NCBI GenBank assembly: GCA_964431265.1 | Contig: CAYSJF010000001.1 | Span: 1,358 to 65,357, forward strand | Length of the DNA stretch: 64,000 nt | Direction of reading: 5' to 3' | Origin: an uncultured Alistipes sp. | GTDB lineage: Bacteria; Bacteroidota; Bacteroidia; Bacteroidales; Rikenellaceae | Shown: positions 1-9,000 of the stretch, piece by piece | How positions within the stretch are numbered: position 1 is the stretch's first letter | Layout: each line of letters starts with the position of its first letter | The notes under the pieces: model-generated | The model's database searches: none | Seen by the model: the letters and a program-made list of their open reading frames with translations, nothing else | Told to the model about the DNA's origin: nothing | Translations under genes and position numbers: made by a program

Positions 1-312
<312 letters not shown>

Positions 313-3030
313 TTATGCAATTTTTCTATAAATCAGGAATTGAGAAAGAGAGATGATCGATTCGTTTGCCTGGTCTTTATCACCGAACGCTTGTATTAGT
401 TGTGCGGCACAGGTTCTATCATAATCACGAAGAATGTCTTTTATCGTACACGAACCATTCGATGCAATGTAGGATACGATTTGTTTGATTAAAGCCGCCT
501 GCGCATCGGTAATGCTTCGCTGCATCTGACCGCACCATAGATTAAAATATTGAATGGCGGTAGAATGCAGGCTATTTAAGGTTGTAATCTGACGAAAAGC
601 AAAACGCACCAGTTGTATGATATTGGTAACAGCCTCTTTTTCCTCCTTCGTCGAGAATTTAGTAACGGCCTCGGGATTGATTAGCGAATAAGTATTCCAT
701 AACAACGTAGGATTGAATTTGCTGTTTACAAACTTCAACTTATTCTCCAAATCTTTCAGCATCGTGTAGGTAATCGGTTCACCTTGATTGTTATATATGA
801 TTCGCAGGGCTTCAACCTCGTCTTTATGCTCGTTGATATATGCTTCGAACGCATCAACCGTATTTTGCGCCTCTTCGATTGAGAAGCCTTGGGATATCAG
901 TGTATCTTCGCCCGGTTGCAATATTGTTACAAAGCCTGCATTCAGAATCAACAGATAATATCGAGCATCAGGATGGTTTACGATCGCCGCCACCAAGCCT
1001 TTGCGTTCATTATTAGGTTCATTGATGCCAATATATGGCGGAAGCGTATTGGCTTCCAACGCATCGTATATGCCGACTGCAATATCTTTCATATCGGCTT
1101 TTGCCAACCTTGCAAATTCATCACGCTCGGATACTTTACATTTATTATAGATGCGGGACAAGCGTGCTGCCAAAAGTCGCAGATATTCATCCTGCACATT
1201 TCCGTGCGTGATACGCTCCAACAGTTCTTTGAGCGTCATCACCTGTGTCGGTTCGTCATCCGTTCCCGGACGGGTCACCTTCATTTCGTGTTCGGTTACG
1301 CCCACAGCATCGACCAGATAGAACAAATCTTTGCTATACGCATTGGGCGTTACATTCCGCAACTGTTCATCTCCAATCGTTCGCACTCCGCGCCCCTTCA
1401 TCTGGGTATACAGCGAATCCGATTCGACATCACGCATAAACATCACCACTTCGAGCGGCTTGACATCCGTCCCCGTAGCAACCAGCGTTACAGTAACGGC
1501 AATGCGGAATTCTTTGTTGTTGCGGAATTGCCGTATCAGTTCGTTGCTGTCTCCGGCAGAATAGGTAATCTTCTGCACGAATTGGTCATTGTTCCGGCCG
1601 AATACCTCTTTTGCAATTTTGACGATATTGCTCGCATGAGTATCGTTCAGCGCAAAAATGAGTGTTTTCGGCAAATAATCCATATTCGGTTCTCGCTGAG
1701 GGTCGACGAACATTTCGGAATAGACCGCATCACGATAGGTTTCAAGAACCAGCTTTATTTGAGCAGGATTGATAATGCTGCGATTCAGTTCGGTTTTGGT
1801 ATATGTCGATTCTTCGCGCATCTTGACATCTTCAACCGAACCGGTGTACCGCGTTATCTTTTTGATTTTCTCCCCTTCACGGATAGCACCTCCGTCTTCG
1901 GTCGCCTGCGTCTTGATTCGATATATACGGTAATCTACATTCACTCCGTCGGCGATAGATTTTTCGAGCGTGTAGTTGACAATTCGGTTATTGTTAAAAA
2001 ACGCCAACGTTTCGGGAGCAGGAGTAGCCGTCAAACCGACCATTTTTGCCGTATTGAAATAATCCAGCACTTTTCGCCAACTACCATAGATAGACCGATG
2101 ACACTCATCTATGACAATCATATCGAAATAATCGGGCGGTAAAGTCAGATTGGCCGGCAATGCAATATCCCCTATCTCATCATTGCTATAATTTTCATCG
2201 TCATCTCCGTCCGTAATATCTTCCCCTTTCAGCAATGAAAACAGACGCTGTATCGTTGAGATAACCACATTGGCATCTTTCGGAATTTTACCCGATTTTA
2301 GTCTGCTAACTGTAAATATCGTATTGAACGGCTCACCATTTTCAGTCAATCGAAACATGCCGAATTCGCTTTCCGCCTGTTTCCCCAGATTGTTCCTGTC
2401 GACCAAAAATAAAATACGGCGCATCGGCGTATAAGACAACATACGGTATGCGGTCATACATGCCGTGTAGGTTTTTCCCGCACCTGTTGCCAGTACCATC
2501 AATGCACGATTCTGCCCGGTTCGAAAACTACTTTCCAACTCTCTGATTGCCTCAAACTGACACGCTCGTAAACCGCGTTGTTTTAATGTCGGCAAACCAG
2601 CAAATTCATCTTTTATACCCAACAACTTCACGATTTCTTTGGGCGTATGGATTCTGTTCAACTCCACATATTCGGAATTTTCATTCCTCATATCTTTGAA
2701 GACGACAGTATTCCCATTCGATTGATAAACGAATGGCAACGGTCGCATATATGCCTGATATTTCGAGGGTACGCTGCAAGCATACAAAGCAGCTTGAGTG
2801 CATACTGCATCGGATTTGACATCGACCTCTGCGCGTTTTGCTTCAAGAACTCCGACTGCCTTACCGTTTAGGAATAAGAAATAATCCGCTTCGAGATTGT
2901 TTTCCAACAAGCCCTCTTCAATGGCAACAGCCGAGATGTTCGGGGTATAATGGTCTCTATCTACGACCTTCCAGCCGGCGTCTTCGAACATTCGGTCTAT
3001 CTTTACTCTCGCTTTTTCTTCTGGTTTCAT
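313..3030 (-). CDS. hsdR: Type I restriction endonuclease subunit R (EcoAI/EcoEI-like)
   Basis: Nuclease motif ADYFLFLNGKAVGVLEAKR, Walker A ATGAGKT, DECHRS, LTATP and QMKGRGVR helicase motifs. Start placed at MKPEEKARVKID (ATG 3030); the ORF track extends to 3090. Confidence 0.93.
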   Translation of the reverse strand: MKPEEKARVKIDRMFEDAGWKVVDRDHYTPNISAVAIEEGLLENNLEADYFLFLNGKAVGVLEAKRAEVDVKSDAVCTQAALYACSVPSKYQAYMRPLPFVYQSNGNTVVFKDMRNENSEYVELNRIHTPKEIVKLLGIKDEFAGLPTLKQRGLRACQFEAIRELESSFRTGQNRALMVLATGAGKTYTACMTAYRMLSYTPMRRILFLVDRNNLGKQAESEFGMFRLTENGEPFNTIFTVSRLKSGKIPKDANVVISTIQRLFSLLKGEDITDGDDDENYSNDEIGDIALPANLTLPPDYFDMIVIDECHRSIYGSWRKVLDYFNTAKMVGLTATPAPETLAFFNNNRIVNYTLEKSIADGVNVDYRIYRIKTQATEDGGAIREGEKIKKITRYTGSVEDVKMREESTYTKTELNRSIINPAQIKLVLETYRDAVYSEMFVDPQREPNMDYLPKTLIFALNDTHASNIVKIAKEVFGRNNDQFVQKITYSAGDSNELIRQFRNNKEFRIAVTVTLVATGTDVKPLEVVMFMRDVESDSLYTQMKGRGVRTIGDEQLRNVTPNAYSKDLFYLVDAVGVTEHEMKVTRPGTDDEPTQVMTLKELLERITHGNVQDEYLRLLAARLSRIYNKCKVSERDEFARLAKADMKDIAVGIYDALEANTLPPYIGINEPNNERKGLVAAIVNHPDARYYLLILNAGFVTILQPGEDTLISQGFSIEEAQNTVDAFEAYINEHKDEVEALRIIYNNQGEPITYTMLKDLENKLKFVNSKFNPTLLWNTYSLINPEAVTKFSTKEEKEAVTNIIQLVRFAFRQITTLNSLHSTAIQYFNLWCGQMQRSITDAQAALIKQIVSYIASNGSCTIKDILRDYDRTCAAQLIQAFGDKDQANESIISLSQFLIYRKIA

Positions 3031-3162
3031 CTCATTTATTCGAATTCTTTCCTTATATTTCATATTATCAGAACATACAAAATTTATCAAAAATAATAAA
3101 AAATTCGATGAATACGGATACTTGGAGACTTCTTTGTGTAGTCCCCCATATAATAGCGTATT

Positions 3163-3567
3163 TTAATCGGGTATAGGGGTATAGCTTGCGCATACCACTG
3201 CTATCGAGTAGCAACCTGCGTGGATCGCAGGGTCCTCGTCATACCCCCAGGCGATGGTGGCGTCGGAGGCCCTCTTGTGGATCGTTTCCAGCAGGGTGCG
3301 AATCAAATCGCAGGTCGCTTCTTCTCCCGGGGGTATGCCGATTCTCACCACGGCACTTTGCACCGACTTCATGGATAGGGCTGCCAACTCCGCACGCAGC
3401 TTTTCGAGCAGGTCAGGCAGCGGCGCATTTTCGATTTCGAGGTATGCGTAATCCGAAGCATCCTGCAACGTTTTTTCGAAATCGGCCCGGTCAATCCGGA
3501 CAAGATCGCTTTTCTCCGTCTTTTCCAACAACCGTTCGATCCGCTGCCAAATATCATGTCTATTCAT
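3163..3567 (-). CDS. Hypothetical protein resembling a stand-alone FtsZ/tubulin C-terminal domain with T7 loop
   Basis: DLVRIDRADF aligns with the FtsZ T7 loop GLMNVDFADV. SAVVRIG...ATIAWGYDEDP...SIAVVCA parallels GVLVNIT...ATVVIGTSLDP...RVTVVAT. Start overlaps the upstream stop (ATGA). Confidence 0.6.
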   Translation of the reverse strand: MNRHDIWQRIERLLEKTEKSDLVRIDRADFEKTLQDASDYAYLEIENAPLPDLLEKLRAELAALSMKSVQSAVVRIGIPPGEEATCDLIRTLLETIHKRASDATIAWGYDEDPAIHAGCYSIAVVCASYTPIPD

Positions 3568-4355
3568 TTTATGTGAAAGCTAAAGGTCAATGGCGGTAAA
3601 AATGTATTGGGGAGCAGCCCGTTTTCCACGGCATTATCGACCCATGCTTTGATACTCCAGGCACCCAGAACCCCATGACACGAGAGCCAGTCATCGCAGA
3701 AGATCGACCAGATCACCTGATCGTCTTCGATCCTTTGCGGTTTCCGCTCCTCGACAGGCATTCTTTCGAATCGTCTGATCTGATTATGGCTGATGTTGCT
3801 GGCCAGTGCATTCAACCTGTCCCGAGTTCGATCGGCGTATTCGCTGGCGACATGCTCCCAGAACTTACCGATATTCCTCTCGCGACCGACATTCGGACCG
3901 TTGGTATCGATGAGGTATGCCTCCTCGCTACCGGCGGGTTTGTAAAGGATCGTATCCTGATTGAACCACTCGCCGAGAGTAACCACCATCTCCTTGAAAC
4001 CGGAAGCGCCGTAGCGGTTCACGACGAAAAAACTACACTCGGTTTCCGGAGTGCCTCCGTCCTCCGTGTAGTTGCCCTCGATTTTAGCAATGCCATATGA
4101 TTTGTACAAAAGAGCATCGGAAAGGAATGAGTTTCTCTCCTGATTTTCCTCTTTCGAGTACGTCCGCTCTTCTATGGAGCCGTCGATCGGTTTGTCGAGC
4201 AACGTTTTGGACGGATCGTTCACATGCTCCAAAACGCTGCGCCACGCGGTAATGGCTGCCATCTCATGGTTCTTCATCCAATCGGTTAATTGGTTGAAGC
4301 GAAAATCTCTGATCAGTTTTTCGCTTTCGATATGGGCATCGGGATTCCAAGGCAT
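3564..4355 (-). CDS. Hypothetical protein, DUF3293-like / large-phage-type fold
   Basis: Motif series AAITAWR...ENQERN..L...YG...IEGNY.E...E.SFFV...LGEWFNQDTIL. Likely start ATG 4355 (MPWNPD); the ORF track starts at TTG 4403. Confidence 0.55.
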   Translation of the reverse strand: MPWNPDAHIESEKLIRDFRFNQLTDWMKNHEMAAITAWRSVLEHVNDPSKTLLDKPIDGSIEERTYSKEENQERNSFLSDALLYKSYGIAKIEGNYTEDGGTPETECSFFVVNRYGASGFKEMVVTLGEWFNQDTILYKPAGSEEAYLIDTNGPNVGRERNIGKFWEHVASEYADRTRDRLNALASNISHNQIRRFERMPVEERKPQRIEDDQVIWSIFCDDWLSCHGVLGAWSIKAWVDNAVENGLLPNTFLPPLTFSFHIK

Positions 4356-4406
4356 AATGAAAAAAGTATTAACCCAGTGATACTCGAATATTGGAAAAAT
4401 CAATGG

Positions 4407-4688
4407 CTACAACTCGATAATGAACTCGCGATGCTGAGTGGTATTCCGACGCTGAAACTCCGCGAACTCCTCTTTGGAGTTCATCCAAAGCAGAAGCGCC
4501 TCCTTGTCGATGTAGATGCGCTCCGGACGACGGAACAGTTTGTCTGCAAGGGTCGGAGAAACGCGGAGGGCGAACGGCCGCAGCTCCGCGGCCAAAGATT
4601 CGAGCGGCGCCTCGACGATAAGATGATCTTCATAGTCCTCCACTACGCTGGCGGTCAGACCGGAAGAGTTGATTTGCACAGTTTTCAT
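4407..4688 (-). CDS. Hypothetical protein (93 aa)
   Basis: ATG preceded by AT-rich sequence, co-oriented with the neighbouring genes. No recognisable motif. Confidence 0.6.
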   Translation of the reverse strand: MKTVQINSSGLTASVVEDYEDHLIVEAPLESLAAELRPFALRVSPTLADKLFRRPERIYIDKEALLLWMNSKEEFAEFQRRNTTQHREFIIEL

Positions 4689-4794
4689 AATATAATGTGT
4701 GATTTGGAATATTGTTTCATTATGTTGGCAAAGTACCCTGTGATTTTCACAAGGTGTCTTTTGTCTCCCAAACAGAATTTGTATTGTAAATCAA

Positions 4795-5298
4795 CTAATT
4801 GTTTTTCTTTGCCTTTTCTTTGCGCTTAGCTTCTTTTTTAGCTTGGCGTTCTGCTTTACGGCGTTCCTTTTCTGTCAAAGCAGAGGTGTCGGCTTTGATC
4901 TGCGCGGGTATTGATTCGACTCCTTTGTTAACGATTGTAGATGTATTCGGAGCGGGTCTCGTAGTGTTATCTTGTATGCTACTCTTTCTTGTGGGGGCAA
5001 CGGTTGTTTTTGCTTGCGGTTTAGCGGTGTTTGCAGGTGCTGTGGCTGGCTTTGCTTTTAATGGTGGATTTGTTTGAGACGTTGGCGAAGCAGATTTCTT
5101 AACATCGAGTTGTTGTACCTGTTCTGTTTTGGGTTCGGCAGGTATCGATGGTGAATCCGTATCATGAGATTCGGATTCGTCGGAAGAACCTGAAAAACAA
5201 ATAACTAAAACAATGACTACAATAATAGAGAGAATGATCGATCCGCATCCCACAGCTTCTTTGGGAGGATCAGGAATTTCTTGAATAAGGAATGCCAT
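4795..5298 (-). CDS. Hypothetical single-pass membrane protein with Pro/Thr/Ser-rich linker and Lys/Arg/Glu-rich tail
   Basis: One hydrophobic helix (IILSIIVVIVLVICF), a low-complexity linker and a basic C-terminus (ERRKAERQAKKEAKRKEKAKK). Confidence 0.7.
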   Translation of the reverse strand: MAFLIQEIPDPPKEAVGCGSIILSIIVVIVLVICFSGSSDESESHDTDSPSIPAEPKTEQVQQLDVKKSASPTSQTNPPLKAKPATAPANTAKPQAKTTVAPTRKSSIQDNTTRPAPNTSTIVNKGVESIPAQIKADTSALTEKERRKAERQAKKEAKRKEKAKKNN

Positions 5299-5299
5299 A

Positions 5300-5752
5300 A
5301 TTTTAATGATTGAATTTTTTTGAATGTCTAAAACTTAGAGAGAGTCATACTTTCTCCATAAAGAAAGGGTCTGATAGCATCTATGACAGATTTTTCATAG
5401 CAACAAAATTTGTTGCCATTCGACTCCGGATATGGCGGGTTAGTTATAAAAACAGAAAGTGTGGAGTCGTTCGTTTATCTGAAAGAGGCTCTGGAATGCC
5501 CGACTGAAATAAACATAACACAATACCCCACACCTGTTCAGTATGGGGTAAAGAGAAAATCGACCGCTGAGGGTCGCGATATACACATACCGAAACAGAT
5601 GATGAGTGTTGTCGTTATCCTTCAGTCGCGAAATTTTCCAGATTTCTTTCAAGGATAAAAGCGAAACACTTTCATCAATATGTACGCCGCTTGCGCGACA
5701 CTACAAAGATAGAAAATGTTTTTGCTCCGAACAACACTCATCGGGGTATTGT
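5300..5752 (-). promoter_or_regulatory. Bacteroidetes -7 promoter box (TATCTTTG, 5704-5711) followed by a ~400-nt structured 5' leader
   Basis: TAnnTTTG on the minus strand. Inverted repeats at 5601-5676, 5480-5508/5621-5651, 5601-5612/5731-5742 and 5520-5529/5743-5752. No credible ORF. Confidence 0.6.
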
Positions 5753-5925
5753 TGCGCAAATCTCGGCGAAATTACCACAGATTATTTGATCGGATCACGT
5801 GAGAGCGCTCACGCAACGTTTAAGCCCCTAGGTCTGAAAAGATGCTATTTACAGCACGATTTGCAGGCGGATTTTTCAAATTCTTGTTGGAACTTCGGTG
5901 TCGATGAACTTTACAATCGATCGGT

Positions 5926-6013
5926 AAAAAAGAAGTCTCCACGGAGTACGCGGAGACAGTAGGTTGAAAACCTTCGGCCTGTAGCCTTATTGTGGTAAGA
6001 TGTAGAACTTACG
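5926..6013 (-). ncRNA. tracrRNA of the type II-C system
   Basis: Minus strand reads GTTCTACATC-TT-ACCACAAT, complementary to the repeat 5' end GTTGTGGT-TT-GATGTAGAA. It continues with nexus-like AAGGCTACAGGCC, a GTCTCC/GGAGAC hairpin and a T-run. TATATTTG -7 box at 6018-6025. Ends are approximate. Confidence 0.88.
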
Positions 6014-6082
6014 AGGGCAAATATAACCCAATATTTGGAATTTTACAACTTTTTCTTTAATTTCACGAAAAATCGATCCTCT

Positions 6083-9000
6083 ATGCAAAAGATATTGGGA
6101 TTGGATCTCGGCACCAACTCGTTGGGCTGGGCACTCGTCGAAGAGACCGGAAGCGGCTACAAATTGCTCGAAAAGGGAGTCGACATCTTCCAGGAAGGTG
6201 TGGCCCGAGAGAAGAACAACGAGAAGCCGGCCGTGCAAGACCGGACTGCCGCCCGGGCTTTGCGCCGGCACTATTTCCGCCGGAGGCTGCGCAAGATCGA
6301 GCTTCTCAAGGTGCTGATCAAGCACGATCTGTGCCCGCCGCTGACCGACGAACAGCTGGATGCGTGGCGCAAGCATAAGACCTATCCGCTCGACGAGGAG
6401 TTTCTCCGCTGGCAACGTACCGACGACAACTCGGACAAAAACCCTTATCACGACCGTTATCGGGCGCTGACCGAAACGCTCGACCTCGGCAATAAGGCCG
6501 ACCGCCGGTCGCTCGGGCGCGCTTTCTACCATTTGTCGCAACGCCGCGGATTCCTCAGCAACCGCAAGGACGCAGGAAAGGAGAGCGAGGAGGGGCAGGT
6601 CAAGCAAAGCATCAAGAACCTGACGGACGACATGAAGAAAGCCGGATGCCGCTACATAGGCGAATATTTCTACCGGCTTTATCAACGGAAAGAGAAGATC
6701 CGCAAAAAATACACTTCCCGCAACGACCACTATCTGGCGGAGTTCCGGGCCATTTGCGAAAAACAGCATCTCTCCGAAGAACTGCAGCACGACCTGCAAC
6801 GCGCCATCTTCTTCCAGCGGCCGCTGAAGTCGCAGAAAGGAACGGTCGGCAAGTGTACGTTCGAGAAGACGAAAGCGCGCTGTCCGGTCTCCCACCCGCG
6901 GTTCGAGGAGTTCCGCCTGTACTCTTTCCTCAACAACATCCGGATAGCGGGTCCCGGAGATGCGGATTTCCGGCCCCTGACACAGGAGGAGGTCGATCTG
7001 GTTCGTCCGCTGTTCCTGCGCAAGAGCAAGCCGCACTTCGACTTCGAAGAGATCGCCCGGAAAATAGCCGGCAAGGGGCGCTATGCCTGCAAAGGCGACC
7101 GCATCGAGGCTCCCTACCGGTTCAACTTCGCCGGCACGGCGACCGTGAGCGGCTGTCCGGTAACGGCCGCCCTGATCGCGATATTCGGGGACGACTGGCT
7201 GTCGGAAATCCGAAGCCGCTATACGCTCGGAACCGGCAAGGCCGAAGAACAGATAATGAACGACATATGGCATGCGCTCTTCTCATTCGACGATGAAGAA
7301 CGGCTCCACGCATGGGCGTGCGAAAAACTTCAGCTTTCGGAAAAAGAGGCCGAGGATTTCACAAACATCCGAACGCCGCAGGACTACGCGGCCTTAAGCC
7401 TGAACGCCATCAACAAAATACTGCCCTACTTGCGGGCCGGCTACCGATACGACGAAGCGGCTTTCCTCGCCAATCTGAAAGCGGTACTGCCGCCGGCGCT
7501 TTATGCCGATGAGGAACGACGCAAGCAGATCGAGCAGGATATAGCGGAACTACTGCTCAACTATGTCCGGAATCCATACGACAAATACGACACCAAGAAG
7601 CACCGCATTGAGGCCTATTTCAGCGACAACGGCATCGACCTCTCGCGGGTTCACAAACTCTACCACCCCTCGATGATCGAAACCTACCGCAAGGCCGAGC
7701 CGGATGCCCGCGGCATCTTCCGGTTGGGTTCTCCGCGCACGACGTCCGTCCGTAATCCTATGGCGATGCGGGCGCTGTTCCGGCTGCGGATTCTGATCAA
7801 CAAGCTGCTGCAGGACGGAAAGATCGACCCTACGACGAAGATCAACATCGAGTTTTCGCGCATGCTCAACGATGCGAACAAGCGCAAGGCGATCGAGCAA
7901 TACCAACGCGAACGGGAAGCCGAGCATCGGAATTATGCCGAAGAAATCCGGAAGCAATATGCCGAAGAAACCGGATCGGAGATCGAACCGACGGAGACGG
8001 ATATTCTGAAATACCGGCTTTGGGTGGAGCAGAAGCATATTTGCCCCTACACGGGCGCGCAAATCCGCATTTCGGACTTTCTCGGCGAAGCGACGCGTTA
8101 CGACATCGAGCACACCGTGCCCCGCTCGCGCGGAGGCGACGACTCGCAGATGAACAAAACCCTTTGCGAAAACCGCTTCAACCGCGAAGTGAAACGGGCC
8201 AAACTCCCGGCGGAGCTGTCGAACCATGCCGAAATCCTGGCTCACATCGAGGGGTTCGGGTGGCAGGAGCGAATCGACTCCCTGCAAAAGCAGATCGAAG
8301 CGCAGGTGCGCAAAAGCAAAAGCGCCGCGACGAAACCGGAAAAAGACAACGCCATTCAACGCCGCCACTATCTGCAGATGCACCTGAAATACTGGAGCGG
8401 AAAACTCGAACGCTTCACCATGACCGAGGTGCCGGAAGGCTTCTCCAACCGGCAAGGCGTCGATATCGGCATCATCGGCCGCTATGCTCGGTTCTACCTG
8501 AAGACGGTCTTCGAGCATATCTACACGGTGAAAGGCGCCACGACCGACGCATTCCGCAAAATGTGGGGCTTGCAGGAGGAGTACACGAAGAAACAACGTG
8601 TGAATCATGTCCACCACTGCATCGACGCCATCACGATCGCCTGCATCGGCCGGAACGAATACGACCATTGGGCGCAGTACGTCGGCGATGAAGAACGGTA
8701 TCTGCGCAACGAAGGCACCCGCCCGCAATTCGAAAAGCCGTGGCCGACCTTCACCGAAGATGTCAAGGCCGTGGCCGACGAGCTGCTCGTGTCGCACCAC
8801 ACGCCCGACAACCTGCCCAAGCAGAGCCGCAAGCGTCTGCGCAAACGCGGCAAGGTGCAGGTCGACGGTCGGGGCGAACCGCTCTACATGCAGGGCGACA
8901 CGGCCCGCGGAGCATTGCACCTGCAGACATTCTACGGCGCTATCAAACGCGACGACGAAATCAAGTATGTGGTTCGCAAATCGCTCGACCAGCTGCAACC

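Noticed and set aside
5310-5962. Several short overlapping ORFs between the cassette and the tracrRNA
   Set aside because: Non-ATG starts and no motifs. The region is better explained as promoter, structured leader and tracrRNA terminator.
6026-6082. Possible long tracrRNA (natural sgRNA) autorepressing cas9, from a minus-strand GTTGT upstream of the anti-repeat
   Set aside because: Only about 5 bp of pairing, no upstream promoter and no matching target seen.
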